A stretch of 32,000 nt of DNA from Ignicoccus islandicus DSM 13165 (lineage in GTDB: Archaea > Thermoproteota > Thermoprotei_A > Sulfolobales > Ignicoccaceae), in contig NZ_CP006867.1 of assembly GCF_001481685.1 (NCBI RefSeq), forward strand, positions 90,001-122,000. Reading direction: 5' to 3'. The notes under the pieces are model-generated. The model searched no databases. It saw only the letters and a list, made by a program, of their open reading frames with translations, and had not been told where the DNA came from. Made by a program: the position numbers and the translations under genes. Below are positions 1-9,639 of this stretch, in pieces; the stretch's first letter is position 1, and each line of letters opens with the position of its first letter.

Positions 1-172
1 CGAGCGGTATATTACTCATGATCAAATAGGCTATTAGCACTAAAGCGGTCCAGAAGATCCTCTTGTATAGGTCGGGCTTCTTGGCTGGCCTTGGAGTAGA
101 CGGTATATACGTTCCTATTGTCGCCAAAACGTCCAAGAACTTCTTACCCAAGTCCTCGTACAACTTTCGCAT
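1..172 (-). CDS. secY: Preprotein translocase subunit SecY, N-terminal part (runs off left edge)
   Basis: Reverse strand from ATG at 172 reads MRKLYEDLGKKFLDVLATIGTYIPSTPRPAKKPDLYKRIFWTALVLIAYLIMSNIPL, open to the window edge; matches the archaeal SecY N-terminus/TM1 pattern. Absent from the supplied ORF track. Confidence 0.8.
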   Translation of the reverse strand, partial: MRKLYEDLGKKFLDVLATIGTYIPSTPRPAKKPDLYKRIFWTALVLIAYLIMSNIPL

Positions 173-462
173 CCCACCATGTGGGAGGGACAATTACTAA
201 TAAAGGCCTCTTGAGGACCAGTATAATATTCCAGAGACATTTCGGATTCAGAAGCAATTGTATCTTCAAAGTAATATATCATAATTGTTCTATTAAATGA
301 GATTTTATTGTAGGTCTTATATCTTTCACGTAATCTAGGCTCTAATCAATGGGATTTAAACGGTTCAGTATACGAAGCTTTTAATTCAAACTTCGTTATC
401 TAAATATAGAATAAAGAGACTAAAACTTATTAAATAAAGCTCCGCGAAGCATTCCGGAAATT

Positions 463-547
463 GCGGGGGTGCCCGAGCCTGGCCAAAGGGGGCGGGCTTA
501 AGACCCGCTGGCGTAGGCCTGCGTGGGTTCAAATCCCACCCCCCGCA
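463..547 (+). tRNA. tRNA-Leu (anticodon TAA), genome-encoded CCA at 548-550
   Basis: GCGGGGG acceptor pairs with CCCCCGC; anticodon arm GCGGG-CTTAAGA-CCCGC; long variable arm; T arm GTGGG-TTCAAAT-CCCAC; discriminator A then CCA. Confidence 0.96.
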
Positions 548-1619
548 CCAAGTACCTATCCCGCTTCTTTATCCTGTAATCCCCTAATACAGTATAAGCC
601 TCCCTTAGTATAATGACCGAGACGTAGTTCATCACGTTCAACGGGAAGACGCGGCCGTGAAGAGCGTACGCAAACCTCAGCATTTTGCAGTATATTGGAT
701 TGAGTTCGAGGGAATGTTCGTGTACGACGCCACTGCACTTTAGATATTTATCTAAATCGAACGTATTTATTGATAGTCTCTTCGAATATAGGCTAATTGC
801 GCTCACGCCTAGTCCAACGAACTGATATCCCTTAGAGACGTATTCATCGTAGATCTTGTTCTGAGCCTTAGTAAAGGTCCACGCGTTAGTCATTACGTAG
901 CCGTGACGCTTCATTACATTTACTATTTCGTTGTACAACTTCAACCTCTCTAGTTCGCTGCCTCGAGGTAGAGGGGGCATTAAGGGATACAAGGTTACTT
1001 GGGGGACCCCTAGTTTAGCTATTTGGGAGATTTCGCTCAATGGCGTATCTAAGTCCCATATGAAGTCTACATTCGCGATATCGTATCTCTTAGATAGCAG
1101 GACGTCTAAAGCCCTTAACGTCGTCTCCAAGTCAATGCCTCTACCTAGCTTCTTCAATCTATTTGGATCTAACGATTGAACTCCCATACTAACCCTAACG
1201 ACCTTTTTCTCATCTATATAGTCTAATGCATTAAGCTCCACTACGTCCAAGGGAGCCACTTCAACGGATATGGACGGCTTCCAAAGCTCCCATATCTCAT
1301 CTATTAGCTCTCCTAGTTCGTCTGGAAGGCAAGATGGCGAGCCACCGCCTACGTAGACCTCTATCACGTCCAAGTCCTTGGAATATACTTCCATTACGTC
1401 CTTCCTTAACTTCTCGAAGTACCTCTTAGCTACGTCCGTTTTGAAGGGGTACCTCACGAAGTGACAGAACTTGCATAACCTCCGGCAGAACGGGACGTGA
1501 AGGTATAGACCGATCTCTTCGTTGCTAACGCTTAACTGCCTTGGTGGAGAGCTCTCAAGCTTTTCTAGTAACATTGAGGTAATCGATCTAGACATTGCGG
1601 AGATTGCTTGCAGAATCAT
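498..1619 (-). CDS. Radical SAM protein, HemN/HemW-like
   Basis: 373 aa ORF with YLHVPFCRRLCKFCHF (CX3CX2C cluster), VYVGGGSPSCLP and VRVSMGVQSLDPNRLKKLGR motifs. C-terminus runs antisense into tRNA-Leu. Confidence 0.8.
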   Translation of the reverse strand: MILQAISAMSRSITSMLLEKLESSPPRQLSVSNEEIGLYLHVPFCRRLCKFCHFVRYPFKTDVAKRYFEKLRKDVMEVYSKDLDVIEVYVGGGSPSCLPDELGELIDEIWELWKPSISVEVAPLDVVELNALDYIDEKKVVRVSMGVQSLDPNRLKKLGRGIDLETTLRALDVLLSKRYDIANVDFIWDLDTPLSEISQIAKLGVPQVTLYPLMPPLPRGSELERLKLYNEIVNVMKRHGYVMTNAWTFTKAQNKIYDEYVSKGYQFVGLGVSAISLYSKRLSINTFDLDKYLKCSGVVHEHSLELNPIYCKMLRFAYALHGRVFPLNVMNYVSVIILREAYTVLGDYRIKKRDRYLVRGVGFEPTQAYASGS

Positions 1620-1710
1620 CGATTAGACCAACTGAACGTTCAGTTAAGAGGTTAAATTCGTTGTAGAAATCATATAGACGTTTCCTCAGTAAGAAACGTA
1701 GGTGAACCGA

Positions 1711-2277
1711 ATGCCTTTCTTAAAGTTTGAGAGATTGGAAATACCGGATGTTATATTAATAGAACCTAAAGTGTTCCCGGATCACAGGGGCTTCTTTAAG
1801 GAAATATGGAAGCGAACGCCGTTTCTATCTAACGGCATTCCCTACGATTTCGTCCAAGCTAACGTTAGTTTGAGTAAGAAGTACGTGGTTAGAGGCCTAC
1901 ACTACCAATTGAAGCCTTCCGAAATGGGGAAGCTCGTGATGGTCTTGAAAGGTAAGGTTTTCGACGTTGCCGTTGATATAAGAAAGGGGTCTCCTTACTA
2001 CGGTAGATGGGTTGGCGTGGAACTCAGCGAGGACAATCACAAGATCTTATGGATACCACCGGGCTTCGCTCACGGCTTCCAAGCTTTAGAGGACGATAGC
2101 GTCGTATTATATTTAGTTACTAAAGAGTTCGATCCGGAAAGGGATGCGTGCGTTAGATGGAACGACCCGGAGATAGGCATTGAATGGCCTTATCCCGATA
2201 AAGCGATATTAAGTGAGAAAGACTCTAAGTGTCCGCTACTGAAGGAGGCTCGTAACAACTTCGAGTATCCAATTTAA
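1711..2277 (+). CDS. rfbC: dTDP-4-dehydrorhamnose 3,5-epimerase family protein
   Basis: ORF with [56 protein letters not shown] motifs. Track start is GTG 1702; ATG 1711 with AGGTG upstream looks better. Confidence 0.9.
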   Translation: MPFLKFERLEIPDVILIEPKVFPDHRGFFKEIWKRTPFLSNGIPYDFVQANVSLSKKYVVRGLHYQLKPSEMGKLVMVLKGKVFDVAVDIRKGSPYYGRWVGVELSEDNHKILWIPPGFAHGFQALEDDSVVLYLVTKEFDPERDACVRWNDPEIGIEWPYPDKAILSEKDSKCPLLKEARNNFEYPI

Positions 2278-3554
2278 AGTCCCAGTACCTTTTGGTAGTT
2301 GCTTAAGTCTAGGAGTCCGTGCCCACTGAAGTTGAACAATATCACCATTTCCTCGTTCCTCTCCTTCGCTTGGAGGGCCAAGTCTATTACTGCCTTTATC
2401 GCGTGATTGGTTTCCGGTGCTGGCACTATTCCCTCAGCTTGGGCGAACAACCTTCCGGCTTCGAAGCAACTCTTTTGGTCGTATTCCAATATTTCTATCC
2501 ACCCTTCGTTATAGAGCAACGATATCGTTGGGGCCACTCCGTGGTACCTTAAGCCCCCAGCGTAAATTGGTGGCGGAACGAACTGATGTCCTAATGTATG
2601 CATCTTAAGTTCCGGCAACAGTCCAGCAGCGTCCGCGAAATCGTAATCGTACTTACCCTTGCTGAACTTCGGGACTTCACTTGGAGTTACTCCTACGTAC
2701 CTCCTCTTCTTTTTCCTCGGGTCCTTCGTTCTCTGCAGTTCTTGACCTAGGAACGGGAATACGAGACCACCGAAGTTCGATCCCCCACCTATACACGCTA
2801 CTACCACGTCCGGGTCCTCCCCTATTTCTTCCATTTGCTTCATGGCCTCTAGACCTATGATTGACTGATGTAATAGGACGAAGTTCATTACAGACCCTAC
2901 GCCGTACCTCCAGCCCCTCTTCAAAGCATATTCTATTGCCTCACTCATTGCTATTCCAAGGCTTCCAGGATGGTCCGGGTTCTCTTGGAGTATCTTTTTC
3001 CCGTATTCCGTTTCCTCGCTAGGTGAAGGAACGACGTCAGCTCCATAGAGCCTCATTACTACTTTCCTGTACGGTTTCTGATAGAAACTACTCCTTACCA
3101 TGAATACCTTTACTGGCATGTCGTACATTGCTCCGGCTAAGGACAAAGCGGTGCCCCATTGTCCGGCCCCAGTTTCCGTAGTGAGACCTTCAACGCCCTC
3201 GTCTTTCGCGTAGAACGCTTGAGGAATGGCGGTGTTTATTTTATGGCTTCCAGTGGGGGTAGCACCCTCGTATTTGAAATATATCCTCGCGGGGGTTCCC
3301 AAGATTTTCTCTAATCTCCTAGCCCTTAGCAAGGGAGTCGGTCTACCTATTTCACTATATATTTCTAATACCTCGTCTGGTATCGGTACCCATCTCTCAA
3401 CGGTATTTTCTTGCCATATCAACTTCTGGGGAAGGACCTTCAATAGCAATTCGACTCTGGAGAACTCCTCCTCGGCCCCCTTAGGATCTCTAAGGGGAGG
3501 TAACGGCTTGGGTAGGTCGGGCAAAATGTTATACCATTTATTTGGAAGCTCCAT
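2274..3554 (-). CDS. trpB: Tryptophan synthase beta chain, TrpB2 type
   Basis: 426 aa with [27 protein letters not shown] (PLP lysine), ETGAGQWG and [10 protein letters not shown] motifs; length and N-terminal extension fit TrpB2. Confidence 0.93.
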   Translation of the reverse strand: MELPNKWYNILPDLPKPLPPLRDPKGAEEEFSRVELLLKVLPQKLIWQENTVERWVPIPDEVLEIYSEIGRPTPLLRARRLEKILGTPARIYFKYEGATPTGSHKINTAIPQAFYAKDEGVEGLTTETGAGQWGTALSLAGAMYDMPVKVFMVRSSFYQKPYRKVVMRLYGADVVPSPSEETEYGKKILQENPDHPGSLGIAMSEAIEYALKRGWRYGVGSVMNFVLLHQSIIGLEAMKQMEEIGEDPDVVVACIGGGSNFGGLVFPFLGQELQRTKDPRKKKRRYVGVTPSEVPKFSKGKYDYDFADAAGLLPELKMHTLGHQFVPPPIYAGGLRYHGVAPTISLLYNEGWIEILEYDQKSCFEAGRLFAQAEGIVPAPETNHAIKAVIDLALQAKERNEEMVILFNFSGHGLLDLSNYQKVLGL

Positions 3555-3603
3555 TCCTTGCGACCTAACAGCGTTACTTAGTTGAATTAAAAAGACGTCT
3601 CCC

Positions 3604-3810
3604 TCACCCGAGCGGTATAGTTAGCCCTACGGATATTGGAATCGTCACGTTTAGGTCTCCTTTGGAGAGCTTTATCCCAGCGACAATTAAGTTGAATATA
3701 ACGACTAATATGCTCGAAGCGACCCATAGAATCATGGCTATGTAAAACCATTCTTGCAAGGTTAGAGCCTTCCTTTTCAAGAGCGATCCCTCCGGTTCAC
3801 TTTCTGCCAA
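3604..3810 (-). CDS. Small single-TM hypothetical protein
   Basis: 68 aa ORF (TTG start) between proS and trpB with hydrophobic span [25 protein letters not shown]. Confidence 0.45.
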   Translation of the reverse strand: MAESEPEGSLLKRKALTLQEWFYIAMILWVASSILVVIFNLIVAGIKLSKGDLNVTIPISVGLTIPLG

Positions 3811-3827
3811 ATTACAAAAAGCTTTCC

Positions 3828-5264
3828 TCAGTACGTCTTCGCTAACCTTACCTTAGTTACCGCTTTCCTACCGCAAACGATGCATTTCTTGCCTTCTACG
3901 TTTATCTCTTTGTCGAGAGGCATACCCAGTACTCTACCTACCTCTTCGTCTAACTTTAGGCCGCACTCTTCCCTTCCACACCAAGGAACCTCTACTACGT
4001 ACCTTTCTTCCACTAACTTCTTGGCCTCTTCTATATTGTCCGTCTCTCTTATCCTCGACTTCATGAACTCCCACGCTCTTTCTCTCATTGAATTGAGCAT
4101 TTCCTCGGAAAGCTCTTCTAGCTTCTTCCGGAGCTCGAGTCTCTTTACTTTGACCTTACCCTTGACGTCTCTTCTAGCAACTGTTACTTCGTCGTTGTCC
4201 ACTTCCCTCTTTCCTATTTCTATTCTGAAAGGAACTCCCCTTAGTTCCCAGTAGTAGTACTTCGCTCCAGGCGTTAGCTCTTCCCTATTGTCAGTATGGA
4301 CTCTAATGCCCGCTTTCTTGAGTTCCTCTTCCAGCTCCCTTACGTAATTGTTTACTTTTTCCTGATCTTCTTCGTTCTTTTGTGGAATGGGTACTATTAC
4401 CACTTGAATGGGGGCGACGTGCGGAGGAAGTACTAATCCCCTATCATCTCCATGTATAGCTATCATTGCAGCAAATATCCTATCCGAAATACCATAGCTG
4501 GTTTGCCAAACGTAATCCATCTCCTCATCCCTTCTCTGGAATCTGACTTCGAAGGGTATCGAGAAGTTCTGGCCGAGGTGGTGAACGGTACCTATCTGTA
4601 GAGCCCTTCCGTCAGGCATCACAGTATCGAACGCAACTGTATACAGGGCACCAGCGAACCTATCCCACTTAGGTCTCATGCTTATCATATACGGTATTGC
4701 CAAACTATCGAATATTCTCTTGTACACTTCAACTGCTTCTATGCACTGCTTGTCAGCGTCTTCGAAGCTCTCGTGTGCCGTGTGGGCTTCTTTGAAGGTA
4801 CTCACTTCCCTAAGTCTAATTAGAGGCCTAGTTGCCTTAGTTTCGTACCGGTAGACGGGAACTATTTGGTAAAGCTTCATTGGTAGTTGCTTGTAACTAC
4901 TTATCCATAAGCTTTCCATATAGCTAATTGCTGTTTCGCTAGTTGGTCTCAATGCTAGAGGCACTTCTAGCTCTTGGTGGCCTCCCTTGGTCACCCAGAA
5001 AACTTCTCCCTCGAAGCCCCTAACGTGTTCGCTCTCCTTTTCCAGTAAGTCCTTCGGGATAAGTATTGGAAATAATACTTCTTCATGGCCCGTTTCGTCT
5101 AAGATCTTCCTAACCACGTTATCGAGCACTAGCCTCCTTAACTTGAATCCGTAGGGCCTCCAAACACCCATTCCTTTTACGGGGTAACGTCCGTAATCGT
5201 AGAGTTCGGCCTCCCTTAATACTGTATCGAACCATTCGCTAAAGTTGCTCTTGTCGAGCTTCAA
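3828..5264 (-). CDS. proS: Prolyl-tRNA synthetase (archaeal/eukaryotic-type)
   Basis: 478 aa with [59 protein letters not shown] and C-terminal CGREECG/CIVCG zinc-ligand region. Confidence 0.97.
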   Translation of the reverse strand: MKLDKSNFSEWFDTVLREAELYDYGRYPVKGMGVWRPYGFKLRRLVLDNVVRKILDETGHEEVLFPILIPKDLLEKESEHVRGFEGEVFWVTKGGHQELEVPLALRPTSETAISYMESLWISSYKQLPMKLYQIVPVYRYETKATRPLIRLREVSTFKEAHTAHESFEDADKQCIEAVEVYKRIFDSLAIPYMISMRPKWDRFAGALYTVAFDTVMPDGRALQIGTVHHLGQNFSIPFEVRFQRRDEEMDYVWQTSYGISDRIFAAMIAIHGDDRGLVLPPHVAPIQVVIVPIPQKNEEDQEKVNNYVRELEEELKKAGIRVHTDNREELTPGAKYYYWELRGVPFRIEIGKREVDNDEVTVARRDVKGKVKVKRLELRKKLEELSEEMLNSMRERAWEFMKSRIRETDNIEEAKKLVEERYVVEVPWCGREECGLKLDEEVGRVLGMPLDKEINVEGKKCIVCGRKAVTKVRLAKTY

Positions 5265-5507
5265 ACTACCCTTCCCAACGCCTCTTTAAATGGGATGTTT
5301 AGATTAATTTTCCACAATGACGAGTCGTTGAACCTAAATGATTATCAATAAGAAGCTTCTCGCAAGTCCGAATTTGAACAGTTACGTATATGCTGGTATC
5401 TGAGAACTACCATTGTAATGCCGAAGCGCGCGTCTCGGACTTCTGTGTAATTAAAAGCTACTTCGAAGTTGTACTGAGGAACTTGTAATACTGATCTAGT
5501 TGCCCCA

Positions 5508-6737
5508 TTACTGCTTACGTAATTCCTCCCCTAACCTGACCTTCTCTCCGAACGCCCTCAACTCTAGCCTATACCCTCTGGTAGTGAATCCCCTTTCTGC
5601 ATAGAATTCTATACATTTGCCATCTAATTCCTCTAGCGAGTTTAATTCAATTTCCTTAACCAATCGCTTGTCCGGTAGAAACCTCCTATCGTGAACTAGG
5701 ATCAGTTCGATCTTCCCCTTAAATTGAACATCTGGAAGTATCTCGGGCAACCTAATGCACGCTTTGTACGTTCCTTCCACGGGAATGTTACTAGTGGGAT
5801 CGCCGTTAGGGTCATACCAGATCACTCTAGCGTGTTTCTCTAGGAACTTCAGTAAGTCGAAGTAAGGGATTGATGCTATGAGGCTGCAACTATTTTGCGA
5901 AACCGAACATTCTTTAACGAACACAGTTCTTAAATTGTATACGTCATCCAAATCGAAAGTAACCGTTCTGTTTTCGTGAGGTCGCAGCAATACTGAAAAC
6001 ATGTGCTCGTCAGGGGAAGTAATTAGATCCTTATAGAACTCCAACACTACTTTCCGATCGCATCTGTTCTGGATTAGGACCTTGTTCTCGGAACCGGGCG
6101 TTAAGGGAAGAGGCGTTAAGACCCTCATCGATACGCACGTTGAGCGAGTTTGGAGAAATCTATAGTACAAGTATCTCTCAATGGAAATAGATGCATTTTG
6201 CGTCCTCACGTAAATGTTGAAGAACAAACCCCTTGGACGAGTCATCAGTTCGATAACGTTCTTGGTCATCGAAGCGCCAGCAAGGACATCTCCAGCTAAT
6301 GCTGCTGGTAACTTCGCTACGGCTGATATAACTTTCATGAATTTTCCTATCTTGCTACTATCGTTGCCTTCCTTAGTTGCAGTAATCAGAATTGTCAATA
6401 CGCACGTTCTAATATTCTCCGGGCTACTTACAGTTTTTGGATAGTAATGGAATTCTTGATCGAAGCCCAACTCCATGTCAATTTTTGCAGATGTGGTAAC
6501 TGATACCGGACTGTTCGATTTTACGCAAATGAGAACTGGTACGACATCGTTCAGAAGCATTCCTAATAAGTCTCCTCTTATATAGGAAGGTATTAGAGAA
6601 TACATAACGAATTCTATTCCATTCAGATTATATTTCTCGAACCTCAATGTCGCTTCCGTCTCGTAAATACGTAAGGAAAATAGCGTTCTGGATAATAATA
6701 GCGAAGCCAATAGGAATAATATCAATAGAATTCTCAT
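5508..6737 (-). CDS. Hypothetical protein with N-terminal signal/membrane anchor
   Basis: 409 aa ORF starting MRILLILFLLASLLLSRTLFSL; several Cys; no recognised family. Confidence 0.65.
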   Translation of the reverse strand: MRILLILFLLASLLLSRTLFSLRIYETEATLRFEKYNLNGIEFVMYSLIPSYIRGDLLGMLLNDVVPVLICVKSNSPVSVTTSAKIDMELGFDQEFHYYPKTVSSPENIRTCVLTILITATKEGNDSSKIGKFMKVISAVAKLPAALAGDVLAGASMTKNVIELMTRPRGLFFNIYVRTQNASISIERYLYYRFLQTRSTCVSMRVLTPLPLTPGSENKVLIQNRCDRKVVLEFYKDLITSPDEHMFSVLLRPHENRTVTFDLDDVYNLRTVFVKECSVSQNSCSLIASIPYFDLLKFLEKHARVIWYDPNGDPTSNIPVEGTYKACIRLPEILPDVQFKGKIELILVHDRRFLPDKRLVKEIELNSLEELDGKCIEFYAERGFTTRGYRLELRAFGEKVRLGEELRKQ

Positions 6738-6840
6738 AATTGTAACTACCAGTTACGATTATCGTCGAGTGCCTTTTTAACATTATTTCAATCGTTAACT
6801 AAAATGCCCTCTTCCATACATTAAGATTAGGTAGGAAATT

Positions 6841-7995
6841 TTGAAGATAGCAATGGTATATGACTACAGCCGAGAGAAGTGCGGCATAAAGGTATACTCC
6901 GATATATTGACTAAATGGTTGAGAAAGTTAGGAGTTGACGTTGAAGTATGTGATTTGAAGAAAGAGAGATACTCGGATTCAGTTGAGGCTGCTTTGTGCG
7001 CACTAAAGGGAGATATAGTCCATACGCAACACGAGTTCGGACTCTTCAAGGGTCATTTCGGATGGTCTCAGTTACTATATTACTTAACCTTGAAATTGTA
7101 CAGGAAGTTCAACGTAACTACTCTCCACACGGTATTGAAACCTGATGAAGCCTTGTCCAACTACATAAAGTTTGCTCTACCTTTTACCAAAGAAAGGCCG
7201 TGGGAAGCTATAAGAGGCTTAATAGTGAGCTTCGTGTCGCCTTACGTTCCGGAAGCCCTTTCGGATAGGTTAATCGTACACACCTTGAGGGGATACGAGC
7301 TTCTACCGGATTGGTTGAAATGGAAAGCTGAACTGATACCGCACTTCTCTCCAGTCCCCTCTCAAGTGGTCTTGGAGAACGCGAGGAGGTGTAGGGAGAG
7401 GAGCGTGCCGGAGACCATAAGGATCGTCACCCCAGGATTCATACGACCAACTAAGAGGTACGACTGGGCAATTAGGGCTCTAATAGCGCTGAAGGCAGAA
7501 GGATTGGATAAACCTGTAGAGTACACGGTCATTGGAACTACGCAGAACGAGGACGGAGAACTCTGGTATCAATATATTAAAGAAATGGCTGATAAGGTAA
7601 ACGAACATACGAAGAAGGTAGGCTTAACTATAAACGTTATATATAAGCATATGAGCAAGGCCGAGATAATCAGACACGCGTGCGAGGCCGACGTAGTCCT
7701 CTTACCTTACTCAGATCCGACGCAAGAGGCTTCCGGAATACTACACGATTCCTTGGTATGCGGCAGACACATTGTCGTGTTGGAAATAGGTGACGTGAGG
7801 AACTATCCAGAGGCGTTTTACCCATTTAATCTGGACGATCCGATAGGATCCATGAAGGAAGCCCTTAAGAGGGCAATAAATGAGGTTGTGAAAGGGAATA
7901 GATGCAATCTGAACGCTCTGGCTTACGCCTACTTCACTTCGATAGACGTCGTTGCGAAAAGGCATAAGGACTTCTATTCCAAACTCCGCTCTTGA
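6841..7995 (+). CDS. Glycosyltransferase, GT4-like
   Basis: 384 aa; N-terminal MKIAMVYDYSREKCGIKVYSDILTKWLRKLG, GDIVHTQHEFGLF and C-terminal EIIRHACEADVVLLPYSDPTQEASGILHDSLVCGRHIVV resemble GT-B/GT4 donor-site topology. TTG start. Confidence 0.8.
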   Translation: MKIAMVYDYSREKCGIKVYSDILTKWLRKLGVDVEVCDLKKERYSDSVEAALCALKGDIVHTQHEFGLFKGHFGWSQLLYYLTLKLYRKFNVTTLHTVLKPDEALSNYIKFALPFTKERPWEAIRGLIVSFVSPYVPEALSDRLIVHTLRGYELLPDWLKWKAELIPHFSPVPSQVVLENARRCRERSVPETIRIVTPGFIRPTKRYDWAIRALIALKAEGLDKPVEYTVIGTTQNEDGELWYQYIKEMADKVNEHTKKVGLTINVIYKHMSKAEIIRHACEADVVLLPYSDPTQEASGILHDSLVCGRHIVVLEIGDVRNYPEAFYPFNLDDPIGSMKEALKRAINEVVKGNRCNLNALAYAYFTSIDVVAKRHKDFYSKLRS

Positions 7996-9187
7996 ATAAC
8001 TCATCTAGTAGTTGCTCTGCCTTTTCGTCGTTCCCCTCTATGTACGCTTGTATGACGTCGTATACCTTGGAGCCCAACTTCTCTCCATATATATCCTTTA
8101 GGACTTCCAACAAACTAACTTTCACTGTAGGGGAGGCATCGGATAATGGGTTGTTTGCGTACCCGCTCTTGATAACGTCTATCCTTACGTGCAGTACCCT
8201 TTCAGACAAGGTATTCACTATCCTAGTTACGTAAGCCCTCAAGTTTTCAGGTACGAATAAATGAACCACGCTATTTGGAGGCACTTTCTTATATATCTCG
8301 TTTAATTCCTTCATAAGTTCTATTGGACTAGAAGCTCTTAACTGAACTTTAACTTGAGGTCTAACTTCTATCCTTATTTTCTGGAGACTCAAGTCCTTCA
8401 GATCTACTAGGACTGGGCCCTTGTTATTTATCTCTGGTATTTCGTCCCTACTTACTGTTTCTAGCGAACCGGGATATACCGCCTTTGTATTGTGAACTTC
8501 TAAGATAGCGTATTTGTGAATGTGACCGAGGGCGTAGTATAAGAAGCCTTCCGGTAGGAACTCCTTTTCAACGCTCTGGAAGGGCATCAGATCCTTTACG
8601 CCTACGTGGGCCACCAGAACGGCCCTCTTGGAAGCTTCCCTCCTCAGCGTCCTCACGTAGCTCTTTGCCCTTTCCAACTCGCTTTCACTTAAGGGATTGA
8701 ACGCCTCTAGTCCACAGAACTTGTAACCCTTAACTTCGATACATTTAGAGCTTCTAAGGAGCTTAGCTCCAGTCATTTCGCTTACGAATTCTATCGAGGG
8801 AACGCCTCTAGCCTTGGGCTTATCGTGATCGCCTGGAAGTAGAATTACCTCTATTCCTCTCTCCCTGAGTTTCCGGAAGCCTGAAACGGCCACCCTAAGT
8901 GGCTGAAGACTCGTATAAGGGACGGGTGTATCGAAGAGATCCCCTGCTACTACATACGCATCAACTCTCTCCCTTAAGGCAATTTCTATGCTTTTCTCGA
9001 AAGCGTTATAGAAGTCTAGTTCTCTTTCCTGGAGATTGTATTGTCTCTTTCCTAAATGTACGTCAGCGACGTGAAGTATTTGCAACTCTTCCGGTACCTT
9101 TGATGCTACCTGCCTACCTCGTTTAAAGCTAAAAGGAGGAAACTTTCGTTCTGAATTCACCATCCCATGGTGAATGCTCATCTCCAC
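7934..9187 (-). CDS. mre11: Mre11/SbcD-type DNA double-strand break nuclease
   Basis: ILHVADVHLGKRQYN, DAYVVAGDLFDTP, LLPGDHD, LVAHVG, YYALGHIHK calcineurin-like phosphoesterase motifs; real start may be the internal ATG (MVNSERK). Confidence 0.92.
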   Translation of the reverse strand: MEMSIHHGMVNSERKFPPFSFKRGRQVASKVPEELQILHVADVHLGKRQYNLQERELDFYNAFEKSIEIALRERVDAYVVAGDLFDTPVPYTSLQPLRVAVSGFRKLRERGIEVILLPGDHDKPKARGVPSIEFVSEMTGAKLLRSSKCIEVKGYKFCGLEAFNPLSESELERAKSYVRTLRREASKRAVLVAHVGVKDLMPFQSVEKEFLPEGFLYYALGHIHKYAILEVHNTKAVYPGSLETVSRDEIPEINNKGPVLVDLKDLSLQKIRIEVRPQVKVQLRASSPIELMKELNEIYKKVPPNSVVHLFVPENLRAYVTRIVNTLSERVLHVRIDVIKSGYANNPLSDASPTVKVSLLEVLKDIYGEKLGSKVYDVIQAYIEGNDEKAEQLLDELFKSGVWNRSPYAFSQRRLSK

Positions 9188-9399
9188 CTCTTGTCCAAAT
9201 TAAATTTTCTATTTACTCACAATTAATTCCATCATTTCCTCAACCTTAACCATTTGAATTCAGAATTAATGGTCTTCTTAAGCACCTTCAGTTTCTACCG
9301 GACTTCCTAATGGTTAATTCCATTTCAACCCAATCATTCAACATTGCCTTTAAGAAAACAAAGGCAATTTGCTAATCTAGAGTTCAGACCATCAGTACA

Positions 9400-9639
9400 A
9401 GCCCCTTTCAAGATCGATCTTTATAATGAGAAGAAGCTTAGAGGGATTAATAAGCGATCATGAGAACTCTGATGATCATGGGGATTTCTACTCCAGCCTA
9501 CCTTATACAAGCATATGCATGCATATATTGGACAACTAATTGAATTTAAGTTCGAAGGGGGAAGGTACGGTTGTGTAAAGGAGAGCTAAGGGAAAGGGTT
9601 AAAAGATGAGAAAGGGGTTGCTTAAATAGGAGGGCAACG
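9400..9639 (+). promoter_or_regulatory. Putative CRISPR leader/promoter region
   Basis: Non-coding, directly upstream of the first intact repeat and at the opposite end from the degenerate terminal repeat. Contains TATA-like GTTAAAAG near 9600 and CTTAAATA near 9621. Left boundary arbitrary. Confidence 0.6.

Noticed and set aside
118-300. Plus-strand 60-aa ORF MSPKRPRTSYPSPRTTFASH...
   Set aside because: Antisense to the secY N-terminus and no homology or ribosome-binding support.
3604-3810. Small membrane protein as candidate Sec61-beta/SecG
   Set aside because: TM is central with a long C-terminal tail and lacks the usual Sec61-beta pattern; left as hypothetical.
3880-4254. Plus-strand 124-aa Ser/Leu/Phe-rich ORF inside proS
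   Set aside because: Antisense shadow ORF of a strongly supported gene. The same reasoning applies to 556..738, 931..1179, 2319..2552, 2417..2608, 3226..3585, 6214..6444, 6864..7049, 7741..8004, 7992..8234, 8899..9126, 12659..12979, 13411..13674, 14101..14397, 14578..14778, 15465..15725, 15620..15880, 16541..16816, 17531..17980, 18080..18280, 20182..20433, 20557..20892, 22485..22688, 24167..24514, 24596..24904, 25313..25660, 26460..26750, 27412..27660, 28328..28564, 28520..28777, 28791..29069, 28948..29169, 29215..29634, 29671..29856, 30266..30496, 30568..30801 and 30993..31247.
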